64,000 bases of DNA from a virus (IMGVR_UViG_3300031760_000050:3744-67743), one strand, 5' to 3'. Positions 9,024 to 18,962 are shown, counted from the stretch's first letter. A program made the numbers and translations. The notes: generated by a model not told the origin, from the sequence alone.

Positions 9024-9105
9024 AGTAAGACTCCTTCTCACTGTTTATCCCTTGAGTCGTGAGCCTCTCAAGGTAATTGGATTAGCTTCTCATACGAGTA
9101 GCCAA
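9024..9105 (-). promoter_or_regulatory. Structured 5' leader, copy B
   Basis: GCUACUC-GUAU-GAGAAGC, UAAUCCAAU, second hairpin, AGAAGGA. Confidence 0.6.
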
Positions 9106-9108
9106 TAA

Positions 9109-9120
9109 AATAATGTATAT
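9109..9120 (-). promoter_or_regulatory. Early-type promoter motif
   Basis: ATATACATTATT. Confidence 0.62.
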
Positions 9121-9171
9121 GCGACGATACTAGAATATACGAGACGCTCCCGGTTTCCCGGGAGCATAGAA

Positions 9172-9924
9172 TTACAACTTTAATTCCGCACAATAACGCT
9201 TGAGTTCAGGATGCTGTTTTACATACTTACGGCAGTCTTTCTCGTAATCAATCCATTTGCCTTCAAACATCCTGCGCATGAAAGGATACTTTGTAAAACG
9301 ATTTGGTGATACAAAGTTGAAGTTTCCGATGAAACTTGCAATACTCGGTACACAGTTCTTCAAAACGAATGAAACGTATGTAGAGCATACCAAATGCTGA
9401 TGTGAGAAATCTAGAGGAGAAACTGATGCCAAAACATCAGCAGACTCGTGAGTTAGCTTAGATTTAATTAAGTCGAGTCCAATTTTCACATTCTGTACAA
9501 CGTCGTAAGGAATCTTCTGATTCTGTACAGAATCTTGAAGAGATATCTTAATTTTCTTGTATTCTTCATCGTTTACTTGGCAGCAGTATACTGCGTAAGT
9601 TGACTGCTTCAAATCACAGCTTGCAATAATGAGATTTCCTTTACCGTTATGAATGTACTCACGTTTCACGTTGTCTGTAGTCAACCCATAAAAACCATCA
9701 TCTAACATACACGACATCGTTGAATGCGTTGCGATAATATCATTATCATCAGTATCATTATCCAGATGCTTAATAAATGGTGCTAATATAGCACCAGCAT
9801 GAATACCTGGTTTGTATATCGTATGTACATTGCGAATGAAAATTAGCTTCTTACCTTTTGGGAGTTCAGAAGATTTATATGCTGCCATCTCATACATGAG
9901 TTCGCTTACGCTTGGTACTTTCAT
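9172..9924 (-). CDS. Permuted papain-like NlpC/P60 (YiiX/YaeF-like) enzyme
   Basis: His early (IHAGAIL), Cys late (LVCSTYVSFVL), terminal VSP; GGAGG SD. Confidence 0.65.
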   Translation of the reverse strand: MKVPSVSELMYEMAAYKSSELPKGKKLIFIRNVHTIYKPGIHAGAILAPFIKHLDNDTDDNDIIATHSTMSCMLDDGFYGLTTDNVKREYIHNGKGNLIIASCDLKQSTYAVYCCQVNDEEYKKIKISLQDSVQNQKIPYDVVQNVKIGLDLIKSKLTHESADVLASVSPLDFSHQHLVCSTYVSFVLKNCVPSIASFIGNFNFVSPNRFTKYPFMRRMFEGKWIDYEKDCRKYVKQHPELKRYCAELKL

Positions 9925-9939
9925 ATTTACCTCCAAAGT

Positions 9940-9951
9940 TATCGGAGTGTT
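9940..9951 (-). promoter_or_regulatory. Late-type promoter
   Basis: AACActccgaTA just after terminator, before SD. Confidence 0.7.
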
Positions 9952-9954
9952 TGA

Positions 9955-9988
9955 CAAAAAATAACCTGCCCCGAAGGGCAGGTTCTGT
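9955..9988 (-). terminator. Intrinsic terminator
   Basis: aacctgccc/gggcaggtt stem plus UAUUUUUU. Confidence 0.85.
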
Positions 9989-10933
9989 TTATCCGTTGTT
10001 TCCTTGTACTGGAACTATAGGCATGACTCCGAGACACGTAACACAAGCAAAGTCATTGTCTGTAAAAGTATCACTATCTTTAATGATTCTAGCAAGATGC
10101 CCATAAGTATATCCGCCAACGAACGCTATGTGAGTAGCTTCATATTGACTATGAATCCTACGAAGTATTGCCTCGAATGAACTCTTGCATTTCCAAGGAA
10201 CTTCGTTTACACTTTCTTTCGAGTACGTTGGAGTAACCCAACGCCTGAATGTATTTGGATTATGCCAGACTGTCAAGCAATCTTTCATTACATGTGTATG
10301 CTCAGCTGGGTTAAATAGATTCAATCCATAAGTAGCATTACCATTTACAGTACACGGCAATAAGCATGGATGAAATACTGATTTATCGACAATCATACCG
10401 TACCACATAATCTGATACGGAGGTCTGAAGCAACCGCCTTCTTCAAGCAAGTTGATTTCTTCCTCAGTCAGATATGAGATATTCTTATCGGTGAAGTATG
10501 TATTGTATCCTTCAGATACCTTAAATAGGTTATCTAAAGAATACCCAATGTACATCTGAGCAGGAGCAATCTCATAAAATCCGTTATTTCTGATGTGAAT
10601 AAATACCGCCATGATACTGAATCTTTTATCCAGTTCTTTGTACATTTCATCTTTATCAGTTATACCACCGAGAACTACAGCACGTTCGTCGATATTTGCG
10701 ACATCAGCAGACACTGAATGAATCATGTCTGTGATGTTTGCAATGCTTGGATTTATGTAAATCTCATCTGGAACTTTGAAGTTGAGATACCGCTCAAACA
10801 TGAATCTCACACGTTCGTCAGGTTTCATTTTGAACGGGTCAACTTCTTTGATTTGAGTTTTGTAATGTAGCTCCATAGCTTTTTTCGGTTTTAATTTCGA
10901 AAGTATCTGGAGCCAGAGTTTGCGAAATATCAT
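9989..10933 (-). CDS. Hypothetical protein, 314 aa
   Basis: Long ORF, 4-nt overlap with upstream gene. Confidence 0.75.
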   Translation of the reverse strand: MIFRKLWLQILSKLKPKKAMELHYKTQIKEVDPFKMKPDERVRFMFERYLNFKVPDEIYINPSIANITDMIHSVSADVANIDERAVVLGGITDKDEMYKELDKRFSIMAVFIHIRNNGFYEIAPAQMYIGYSLDNLFKVSEGYNTYFTDKNISYLTEEEINLLEEGGCFRPPYQIMWYGMIVDKSVFHPCLLPCTVNGNATYGLNLFNPAEHTHVMKDCLTVWHNPNTFRRWVTPTYSKESVNEVPWKCKSSFEAILRRIHSQYEATHIAFVGGYTYGHLARIIKDSDTFTDNDFACVTCLGVMPIVPVQGNNG

Positions 10934-12504
10934 ATGTACTCCACAAATGCCATGTATTCATCGCAGATTTGTGTTAAGTCATATTCGATTTCCTGACCAA
11001 GGGTAGGAGAACCGAAATCGTTGTCTACAATCGTAGCATTCAAGATTGTAATGATACCGCTCTCGATAACTTTTGACTTTTCAATCATTGAGCCTGTGTA
11101 TGAATACTTCTGCAGGATATTCTGATAGCGCACAGATTCTTTAATCTTGCGCTCAATTGGTCTTGACAGAACGCGTTTTTCATTCATTGAAGTTACGCGT
11201 CCTGTAAATACTCTTGATAGTACAGGGAACTGCCCGCTGTCCTTCAAGAAGTGCTTTAAGAAGCACACAAGCCTTGTATATTGCTCTTTACCAACACCAT
11301 CGAGGTTATCGTATCCTCCAAACGGGTTCGCGAAGTAGTTTCGAACCATTGATTCCTGAATCGTTGAAATCGGGTCGTTATTTGTAAGATACCAATTGTA
11401 CTCATCAAGATTAAGTACAAACTTCTTGCGCCTGAAGATGATATTGATTGTGTCATCTGTGAAGTTATCTGAACAAATCTTCTTGAACTCGTTTGTCTTC
11501 ACGGAGTTAATCTCGAACTTGTCTGCATCGCTGAAGTCTGAGTTATCAGACATCGTCGTAATCATATTGTACGAGATTGTGAAGTCTTGGTGCAATGACC
11601 AGTTTATGTGCTGCTCGATTGTAGTTGCAATGAACTTGACAACGCTCTTTTCAAACGTTGCTTTTGGCAAGATATCAATCAACAGTTTAGTCATGATGAC
11701 ATCGGTTAATGTGAATTTATTGGTTGACTTCATTGCCAACTTGCTCCACATTTCCTGGTCTGAATAGCTTGTACCCTTGATGATTGAGAGTGTGTAGTGA
11801 TTTAATTTTCCGTAGATATTCATCTCCGGATTGTCATATGTACATACAGCAATCGTCTCTTTCATCAATGCTAGCAAGAACTGAGTCTTGTTGAAGAGTT
11901 TACCGCCCTTCTCAGCAGCCTCAAGGAAACTTCCGTATTTCGTCCCCATCTCATCAGCAAATAGTGACTGTGAATCTGCAGTTGCCATCATGTCTGTGTA
12001 GATGTACATGAAGTGAGTTGCCAGTGGAGCAATCAAGCGAAACATGACTGCTACGCGATACAAGATGATTGCGTGCTCATTATTGAATACAAGTGAAGGG
12101 TTGTGCTTACGGTCAAGCTCCTTAAGTGTAGCATCAATGTCGGTACACTTCTCTTTGTACATCTTTTCGGTGTACTGACGAATACGTTCGATGAACCACG
12201 GTTTGAAGATTTCAGTAACAACCGCGCCTATGAACTGCTGAGGTGACTTGTAAAGACATTTGTTAATCTTGTAAGATACCATCAGATAGTTACAAAGAAT
12301 CTCGTTGCCGACGTCGAGCGTCATAACCTTATTATTTTCCTGAATAAAGAACTTTACCTGATTGAAGTAAGTCTTCTTTGTACTCAGGTTGAAATCCTCG
12401 TAATCTTTCAACTCTTTTCCGAAGAGTTCAGAGAACGGTATATGAATACCGCTTTTGTACACTTCAGACAGTTGAAAAATCTCTGGAGTTTTTTCTGTGC
12501 TCAT
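10930..12504 (-). CDS. Probable sigma-like promoter-specificity subunit of non-virion RNAP (AR9 gp226/phiKZ gp68-like)
   Basis: 524 aa; N-terminal IPFSELFG...KKTY...EIL..Y...YKIN pattern resembles my recollection of gp226-family proteins; near chaperonin gene; early-type promoter. No alignment run. Confidence 0.55.
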   Translation of the reverse strand: MSTEKTPEIFQLSEVYKSGIHIPFSELFGKELKDYEDFNLSTKKTYFNQVKFFIQENNKVMTLDVGNEILCNYLMVSYKINKCLYKSPQQFIGAVVTEIFKPWFIERIRQYTEKMYKEKCTDIDATLKELDRKHNPSLVFNNEHAIILYRVAVMFRLIAPLATHFMYIYTDMMATADSQSLFADEMGTKYGSFLEAAEKGGKLFNKTQFLLALMKETIAVCTYDNPEMNIYGKLNHYTLSIIKGTSYSDQEMWSKLAMKSTNKFTLTDVIMTKLLIDILPKATFEKSVVKFIATTIEQHINWSLHQDFTISYNMITTMSDNSDFSDADKFEINSVKTNEFKKICSDNFTDDTINIIFRRKKFVLNLDEYNWYLTNNDPISTIQESMVRNYFANPFGGYDNLDGVGKEQYTRLVCFLKHFLKDSGQFPVLSRVFTGRVTSMNEKRVLSRPIERKIKESVRYQNILQKYSYTGSMIEKSKVIESGIITILNATIVDNDFGSPTLGQEIEYDLTQICDEYMAFVEYI

Positions 12505-12523
12505 AATGAATACCTCGCAAATG

Positions 12524-12535
12524 AATAATTTATAT
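12524..12535 (-). promoter_or_regulatory. Early-type promoter motif before sigma-like gene
   Basis: ATATAAATTATT. Confidence 0.5.
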
Positions 12536-12538
12536 TTT

Positions 12539-13324
12539 CTATCTTGGTCGTCTTGGATGCCTTGGTGAGCGAGCTGTACGTGCAGCTTTCGCTATCTTTT
12601 TACCAACCACCCGTGAATTGAGTTTTCCTCCGCTTGCTTTTGCTACTGCGTGCTCGTAAGACTTCTGTTCCTGATAGTCTGAGTTGTGCTTATTAGCTCT
12701 TGCCATAGCTTTCTGAATCTTGCGTTTTTCACGTTCTTTCGATTCTGACCGTGAACGAAGTACGAGCATTGCTTCCTGTGTAAATACGTTATCGTATATC
12801 TTCTTACGAGTTGCTTTAGCAGCCGCTTCAAACGTCTGCTTATATGACAATAATCCCAGTCTCTTGAGATGAAATGCAGCTTGCCATGTGTCAATATCAA
12901 CGCCGATTGCGTTGTTGGGGTTAAGTCGTACCGCCGGTTTAGTGAGACATATCTTGCTGCATTTATTCTTCAAGAAATCGGTGATTAAGTTATACCGATT
13001 ATAAGCATATGTGAACTGATATATGAAACTCGGACAGTTTGAATAAATCTTAACTGAGTATTCATTGAGAGACCGAGATTCGGCAACCTTTTCAGATGCT
13101 GGATAGAGCTCAAGAACTACGTCATAAAAAATATCAGGGCAGAGCTCTGATGACGATGGTATTCTTACGTGAGCTATGTAATGACCCTTGTCTACAGCTA
13201 ATCCCCAAAGAATACGAGATTTGATTTCTTCATACCTCGCTTGGTATTGCTCAAGCATCATATGTGCTGAGATACCAGGAATTGACTTAAACGGGTTAAG
13301 TAAAGTATCTATAGTAAAAGCCAT
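12539..13324 (-). CDS. Conserved jumbo-phage hypothetical protein with basic C-terminus
   Basis: HVRIPS...FYDVVLEL...KIYSNCPSF; AAGGAG SD. Confidence 0.7.
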   Translation of the reverse strand: MAFTIDTLLNPFKSIPGISAHMMLEQYQARYEEIKSRILWGLAVDKGHYIAHVRIPSSSELCPDIFYDVVLELYPASEKVAESRSLNEYSVKIYSNCPSFIYQFTYAYNRYNLITDFLKNKCSKICLTKPAVRLNPNNAIGVDIDTWQAAFHLKRLGLLSYKQTFEAAAKATRKKIYDNVFTQEAMLVLRSRSESKEREKRKIQKAMARANKHNSDYQEQKSYEHAVAKASGGKLNSRVVGKKIAKAARTARSPRHPRRPR

Positions 13325-13345
13325 AATAGACTCCTTATTCTCAAG

Positions 13346-13357
13346 TAATCGAGTGTT
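13346..13357 (-). promoter_or_regulatory. Late-type promoter
   Basis: AACActcgatTA before SD of the 13324 gene. Confidence 0.7.
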
Positions 13358-13377
13358 TGCCACATAATCAAAATAAA

Positions 13378-13389
13378 ATAAACATCATA
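13378..13389 (+). promoter_or_regulatory. Early-type promoter motif
   Basis: ATAAACATCATA. Confidence 0.5.
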
Positions 13390-13404
13390 TCTATGGAGGT
13401 TATC

Positions 13405-14451
13405 ATGGAAACTTCAATGCTTGAAATAGCTTGCAACGCTCATAAGTGTAAGTATGAAGTATTGCACACAGTAGCAAATAACAGAGCGTACAAGTATGCA
13501 TTTATATTTATATCACTAAACTCAATTTTCAACACATACATCTCAATGCTCAAGAGCACAAAAGAGACCTTGAGTGCTGAGAATATTGCGAAAACTATAC
13601 TTGACGTAATTGGGCACTATCGCAGATTCTTCAGACATAAGTCAAAATGCGAATCGGTGTACGTGTTTTTGTACTACGGACGAGATTGGTTGAAAACATC
13701 CTCAAATCTCAGCCTTTATTTGGCAGATTTTCCCGATGATAATCGTTTCGGTATAGATTCCGCCGTATCTATGTTAAATGACATAATAGGGTATATTCCG
13801 GGAGTTTATATGATAGATTCCAAGGACTTGAATCCTGGAGTTATACCATATTCAATTCTCACAAATTCATATCTCAAGCAGATTACTACTCGTAAAGGAG
13901 CTAAAGCAAAGATGATATCAGTCAACGTCTCAAGATTTAGATATGATTGGTACACATTAAATTATGACGGACTATCTCTCGGATATGATACTATGGCTTC
14001 TTACGTTGTAAGAAGCTCAACGTCAATACTCAATATGGAACGGATAAACTCTGAGATTATCTTCCCAAGACTCAAGAAAAATCCGTTTGAAAAACTGATT
14101 ACATGGCAACAGGTTTACTCGATTTTCCTGATGTCGAGAACTTCGCAGTTATCTCTATTCAAAGGCTGTACACTTGCTCAAGGTTCAGAAGTTCGAAGGA
14201 GATTTGCTGAAGCTTCACGAGAAGGAAGTATTGAGAAGTTAAATGATTTGAGAAAGTTTATTGAATCTGATGCTCAACTCGATGAAGCTGATAAGATAAT
14301 CAATATACCAAGAATTGCTCGTGACAATGCACTGATTCTTCAGAATCGTGAGAAAGTCTGGAAGAAAGACTTGGTAGACTTTTCAATTCAAGATATCAAC
14401 GAGACGATTTTCAAGAATTACCGCATTGACCTAAAATCATTGCTGGAATGA
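13405..14451 (+). CDS. Divergent PIN/5'-3' exonuclease (T4 RNase H-like) fold protein
   Basis: FISLNSIF...GHYRRFF...VFLYY...YIPGVYMID pattern; catalytic acidic residues not evident. Confidence 0.4.
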   Translation: METSMLEIACNAHKCKYEVLHTVANNRAYKYAFIFISLNSIFNTYISMLKSTKETLSAENIAKTILDVIGHYRRFFRHKSKCESVYVFLYYGRDWLKTSSNLSLYLADFPDDNRFGIDSAVSMLNDIIGYIPGVYMIDSKDLNPGVIPYSILTNSYLKQITTRKGAKAKMISVNVSRFRYDWYTLNYDGLSLGYDTMASYVVRSSTSILNMERINSEIIFPRLKKNPFEKLITWQQVYSIFLMSRTSQLSLFKGCTLAQGSEVRRRFAEASREGSIEKLNDLRKFIESDAQLDEADKIINIPRIARDNALILQNREKVWKKDLVDFSIQDINETIFKNYRIDLKSLLE

Positions 14452-14503
14452 CAATTCAATAAGGCATTGCCTCAGCGGTGCCTTATTTTTTGTGGAGGTT
14501 ATT

Positions 14504-15880
14504 ATGTTTAAGCCAGACCCATCCAAACTCATGAAGAGCTTTTATACTGTAGACGCAATCATCATGGGTGTTGAAAGTTCGGAGGTTTACTTTAACTGGA
14601 CAAATAAAATTAAAGTTCGGTGGTTAGCAATAAGCGACGATTTCGAGAAAGCCGTAATGCCGATAGTAAGAGTTTCATTGTCGTTGAGCGACGACGAACG
14701 TCTCACTATTCAGAAGCATAAAAATGATATTCTGATAAATCTTAAAGTTCATCGTATTGAGAAATCATATGATGAAGAACTCCAATCATATCAGGATACT
14801 TCAAATAACGTCGTATTTGACTTGAACTTTCAGATTTTCACTATGGGACCTGAGAGTACACACTTGTCAAAAGAAGAGCGATTTGACCGCACTGAGATTG
14901 AAGGAGAAGACCAGCTGACTTCAAATAACCCGAATGCTGAGATGAAAGAAACCCCAATGACATTTGTGTTATCTTGTACAGACTTCAGAAACCGTTTCAA
15001 GATTCCGATTAACTTCAATCATACAAAGCTCGGTTCTCAGGATGCTACAGTTGCTGGAGCTATGGCTCTTGGAATTAGTAAATGCGTAACCGCTCCAAAG
15101 TCAGTGGTATTTCAAGACCCAGATAATACTGAGAACTATACTCAGATTACAGTTCCTCCGTTTAATCTTAAGGACTTCTGTAACTATATGCAGCACATGT
15201 ACGGTGTGTATAAGACAGGACTTATTGTCTACCAAGACTTAAAGTATCTGTACGTCATTCCAAAAATATCAAAGAATTTTGCAGTACCTGAAGGTGAGTA
15301 TAACAGCGTTACAGTATTTATTTATGGTAGTGAAGCAGCAATCAGTGGTGAGAGTCATGTTGGATACTACAAAGATGATGATAACTCTACTTACACACTG
15401 ATGCAGACTGCTGGATATCAAGTAGTCAGAATGGATGAGTATATTCGTGAGACTACTGGTAGCGACTATAACGTGGTCTCAGATAAACAAATTGAATCTT
15501 CTATCAGCTATGGCAACGGTTCATTCTCAAATACCAAGCCTTACAAAGAATATGCTACAGAAATAAAAGGAGCATCGTCAAACTCTGTAAAGAAAGTTCG
15601 AAATTTTCACGACGAACTTGATAACGAGATGAACGCTACAGAACTCGTTGAGAATGCGAAGCTTCTTGTAAATACGTTTACAATGTCTTTTAGAGACGTC
15701 GATATTGACGTATTCAAATATAATCGGTTATATCGCATGAATATAAACGAGAATGTAAACCTTGACGTTCGTTTCGGCGGCACATACAAAATGCTGACCG
15801 CTGAGAAGATTATTACTCGTGAGAATGGTAATCATGAAATGAACTCAAAAGTATCAGCAACGTTTGCAAAACTCGAATAA
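14504..15880 (+). CDS. Probable baseplate hub/virion structural protein
   Basis: VPPFNLKDFCNYMQHMYGVYKTG...YLYVIPK resembles gp27/gpD-like hub; GGAGG SD. Confidence 0.45.
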   Translation: MFKPDPSKLMKSFYTVDAIIMGVESSEVYFNWTNKIKVRWLAISDDFEKAVMPIVRVSLSLSDDERLTIQKHKNDILINLKVHRIEKSYDEELQSYQDTSNNVVFDLNFQIFTMGPESTHLSKEERFDRTEIEGEDQLTSNNPNAEMKETPMTFVLSCTDFRNRFKIPINFNHTKLGSQDATVAGAMALGISKCVTAPKSVVFQDPDNTENYTQITVPPFNLKDFCNYMQHMYGVYKTGLIVYQDLKYLYVIPKISKNFAVPEGEYNSVTVFIYGSEAAISGESHVGYYKDDDNSTYTLMQTAGYQVVRMDEYIRETTGSDYNVVSDKQIESSISYGNGSFSNTKPYKEYATEIKGASSNSVKKVRNFHDELDNEMNATELVENAKLLVNTFTMSFRDVDIDVFKYNRLYRMNINENVNLDVRFGGTYKMLTAEKIITRENGNHEMNSKVSATFAKLE

Positions 15881-15920
15881 AAGAATCTCGGAGGCATAGC
15901 CTCCGAGTCTTTATTTTTTT
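15881..15920. terminator. Terminator between convergent genes
   Basis: ctcggagg/cctccgag stem plus T-tract. Confidence 0.8.
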
Positions 15921-17514
15921 AATCGTCTGGGTCACGAAGCAAGTTAAGCATAACGTGCTGGGCAGAGTCACCAAGATTACGAGCAGTCTTACCATCAGGA
16001 GAAATCAAGTTTCCAACTGAGTTAATCTGTTTCTGAGCAGCCCTATTACCTTCGAGTGTCCAAATACCACGGTTTGTAGTTTGGTCACCATCGTGGTCTG
16101 CACCCATAGGACCCATGTAAGGTGAGAAGATTTCGAGAGTGTCAACAAATTGCTCTTCGATTTTATTTGAAGGTAACGACAAATCAATCTTCGGATAATG
16201 TTCATATAGTTTATTACCAATGAGCATCTCCTGAGTTGTGTAAGTCGTTCGTACATTGACACCTGCGAAGTATTCAGAGTGCGGACCAGTGATAGGATAA
16301 CGTGTAATCTGAACGTGCTTATCGCGACAAACGTCTTCGGCTGCAATGTAGAAGAGGTCTGTCCACGTGAAGTAACGGACCGTCTTCAAGACATCTTTGT
16401 TAATCTCTCCAGTGTCGAGAGTAATGTCTTTATTGTCAGTGATAAAGAAGAATGGATAATGCTTTCCGTCAGCGAACTTGATACATACTGGATGAAAGCG
16501 AGATTCTGGAGTATGAATGTATAACTCCATAATCTTCACGAGTTTCTCAGGAGAATACTCTTCTTTCCAGTTCTTGTGAAGTTCTTTACGTTCAATTTTA
16601 CCGGTTACTTGGTCATAGGTCACTAAGTTCGTAGAATTTCCGACCATTGAGTTGAACCACGATGTAACGTATGCCTGAATAAATAGTGTAAATGTACTGA
16701 TACACTGTGTGAGCGGAACCGCTGCGTGTCTGAAATCTGCAGGAAGTTCTTTCCAAGAGTTTGCCATGTATGACGGCGCAGTAATCGTTGTACGCAAACC
16801 CATGTCAATATTTTTTGACATAAGTGACTGATGTAAGAATCCAGTCTTTAGCTTAATAAGCTTCATAAAGTAATCGTAAATCTCAACGATTTTCATCTGC
16901 AAACGAGAGCGTGTCATATTGTACGAAAATCCAATCTTTCCGATAGACCTCAACGTATCTACACTCATGATGATTGATTTATACATACCGTTGATTTCAG
17001 GTACACGAGAGTTAGGATTATAATCTCTCAAAAACGCTGGAATCACAAATTGCTTCGTCATAAATGCTTCGTCTTTCGACAGACTCATGAGCATCTCGAC
17101 TTTGTCGTTACGTTTCTTCGACTCTGAATCTCTGAAACGAATCTGTCCCCAGTATTCATACAGATAATCCAAACCAGTACCCATACCTGGAATATCAGCA
17201 TCATCAGGAAGTTTTCTGAGTTCTTTGGTCTTCTGGTCGAAGATAAACATTTTCTCTCCAGTAATCAATTCAGCATAACTTCTGTTGAGCGAAATCAAAG
17301 TTTTATATACCTGAGGTACGAGGTAGTGGTCTTCAAGGTCTATGTATGCAGGACGCATACGACGTTCTCTTGAACCGGGATATCCGAAAATCTGAAAGCT
17401 GAAAAGACCATTCGGGTCGGGCTGTTTATTTTCGGTCATATATAACGGAGAGGTTACCGGCGCAAGATTATTTACTTTCACCATTTTGTCGACGTTCATT
17501 ATATTGATAACCAT
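15919..17514 (-). CDS. rpoC: RNA polymerase beta' N-terminal/catalytic subunit (probably virion RNAP)
   Basis: PDPNGLFSFQIFG, RPAYIDL, RYPIT, catalytic GADHDGD; late-type promoter. Confidence 0.92.
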   Translation of the reverse strand: MVINIMNVDKMVKVNNLAPVTSPLYMTENKQPDPNGLFSFQIFGYPGSRERRMRPAYIDLEDHYLVPQVYKTLISLNRSYAELITGEKMFIFDQKTKELRKLPDDADIPGMGTGLDYLYEYWGQIRFRDSESKKRNDKVEMLMSLSKDEAFMTKQFVIPAFLRDYNPNSRVPEINGMYKSIIMSVDTLRSIGKIGFSYNMTRSRLQMKIVEIYDYFMKLIKLKTGFLHQSLMSKNIDMGLRTTITAPSYMANSWKELPADFRHAAVPLTQCISTFTLFIQAYVTSWFNSMVGNSTNLVTYDQVTGKIERKELHKNWKEEYSPEKLVKIMELYIHTPESRFHPVCIKFADGKHYPFFFITDNKDITLDTGEINKDVLKTVRYFTWTDLFYIAAEDVCRDKHVQITRYPITGPHSEYFAGVNVRTTYTTQEMLIGNKLYEHYPKIDLSLPSNKIEEQFVDTLEIFSPYMGPMGADHDGDQTTNRGIWTLEGNRAAQKQINSVGNLISPDGKTARNLGDSAQHVMLNLLRDPDD

Positions 17515-17535
17515 AAAAGACTCCTTTATGCTTAA

Positions 17536-17547
17536 TATATCAGTGTT
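17536..17547 (-). promoter_or_regulatory. Late-type promoter
   Basis: AACActgataTA before the beta' gene. Confidence 0.7.
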
Positions 17548-17660
17548 TTCGACAAAAAATAACCTGGCGGTAACCCGCCAGGGATTAAATGCAAAAATCC
17601 ATCAGATGTCCACCGAGATCGGGTGGGAGGGGAAGACCTCGGTGAACGAATGGTTTATCG

Positions 17661-18029
17661 TTATGCGTTGTATGACGCAAACGATTTGAATACTGCACCA
17701 TCCTGACGTGTTCCGTCATCCTGGCGGTCAACTGGGTAGACGAGGTCAGTGCGGTCGCCACACATGAAAGCGATTGACTGCGGTACGATGTAATAGGTGT
17801 CCGGTTCCGGATTAGGGAGTGAGATTGTCCCACGACCCATCTGAAGAACGTAGACATTGTCTACAGCAGCATAACTACCGCTATTCGTTTCAGTCACACT
17901 CGCTTCGAGTTCGAAGCTACAGCCGTACTCGGCACCCTGTGACTTAAACGCCATGTAGGATGAATCCCGTAATTCAGGATTACGCTGTACCCTTACTGGT
18001 ACATTCAAAAGGTTTACAAACTTTGACAT
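17661..18029 (-). CDS. Conserved phage hypothetical protein, 122 aa
   Basis: YYIVPQSIA...RTDLVYP...RQDG pattern; GGAGG SD. Confidence 0.7.
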   Translation of the reverse strand: MSKFVNLLNVPVRVQRNPELRDSSYMAFKSQGAEYGCSFELEASVTETNSGSYAAVDNVYVLQMGRGTISLPNPEPDTYYIVPQSIAFMCGDRTDLVYPVDRQDDGTRQDGAVFKSFASYNA

Positions 18030-18071
18030 ATTTCAAAGCCTCCATATAGAGTAGTGATATCACTTGAGGAA

Positions 18072-18962
18072 TCAACGATTCCTCTCATTGCCATTATGTA
18101 TATTTAAGTCTATAGGCAAGTTCTTATACGACACATATTCGCATTCCTGCTTAGCAATCCTCAACCCAGTTGCTGTGTCTTCACTAAGGTCATCATGAAT
18201 CCTTTCAGGAAATAGAAATGATACGTTCTTGATAGACTTATCTAACGAAATCTTTTCCATGAGTGCTTTGTCCGTCGTAACGTACACTGTATGCTTCAGA
18301 TACTTCTGGTCTTGAAAACCGTTAGATAACCGAGCAACGAAGTCGTACATTGGACTTTCAGAATCGTCGCGAAACTCAACGAAGACATCAGTCTTCGTCG
18401 TTTTCGGAAAGAATCTCTTGAGGTACGTTTTAACTGCTTCGTGACATTTATTGCAATAAGCGTTAGGTACTAGAAATATCATTTCTGGGATATCTCCAGT
18501 ACCATATAACCTCATGAGTCCTTTCAGCATAGACATAGGTGGGGATACATCGACAATCAATCCGGATTCATCGTTGTAAATAGCATCTTCAACTTCCATC
18601 CTGAGTTTCTTGAATGAATCATCAGGAATAGGAAACCCTTTTGATTTGTGAAGGTTTTGAATCTGCTCCCACACTGTCTTCTCTTTACGCTCATAGATTA
18701 CACTGTGCTTAAGCATCTTCATAATATCTTTGTCGAGATACTTAGCACAGTATGATTCTTTGTCCATTTCAGAAATCATGCCCATGAAAATGACAGTTCC
18801 AGTATCGAAGCACTGAACGATGTCTTCCCATTGAACGATGAAGTTCTGTTTTGCGGTGCATGTAATTTCTGTAGCATCAATGAGCTGCGGTTTCTTTTTT
18901 CCCGACATAATGGCTGAAAGTTCAGCCAAGTCGGGATACATTTCTTCTGGTCTAAACTCCAT
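18072..18962 (-). CDS. Hypothetical protein, possibly degenerate HAD fold
   Basis: FIVQWEDIVQCFD N-terminal strand; TAATG coupling to upstream gene. Confidence 0.6.
   Translation of the reverse strand: MEFRPEEMYPDLAELSAIMSGKKKPQLIDATEITCTAKQNFIVQWEDIVQCFDTGTVIFMGMISEMDKESYCAKYLDKDIMKMLKHSVIYERKEKTVWEQIQNLHKSKGFPIPDDSFKKLRMEVEDAIYNDESGLIVDVSPPMSMLKGLMRLYGTGDIPEMIFLVPNAYCNKCHEAVKTYLKRFFPKTTKTDVFVEFRDDSESPMYDFVARLSNGFQDQKYLKHTVYVTTDKALMEKISLDKSIKNVSFLFPERIHDDLSEDTATGLRIAKQECEYVSYKNLPIDLNIHNGNERNR
18092..18103 (-). promoter_or_regulatory. Early-type promoter motif
   Basis: ATATACATAATG. Confidence 0.62.

Noticed and set aside
14450-14461. GACA-N6-TA as a late promoter for the hub gene
   Set aside because: Mismatch at -11, and +1 would sit at the start of a terminator-like hairpin
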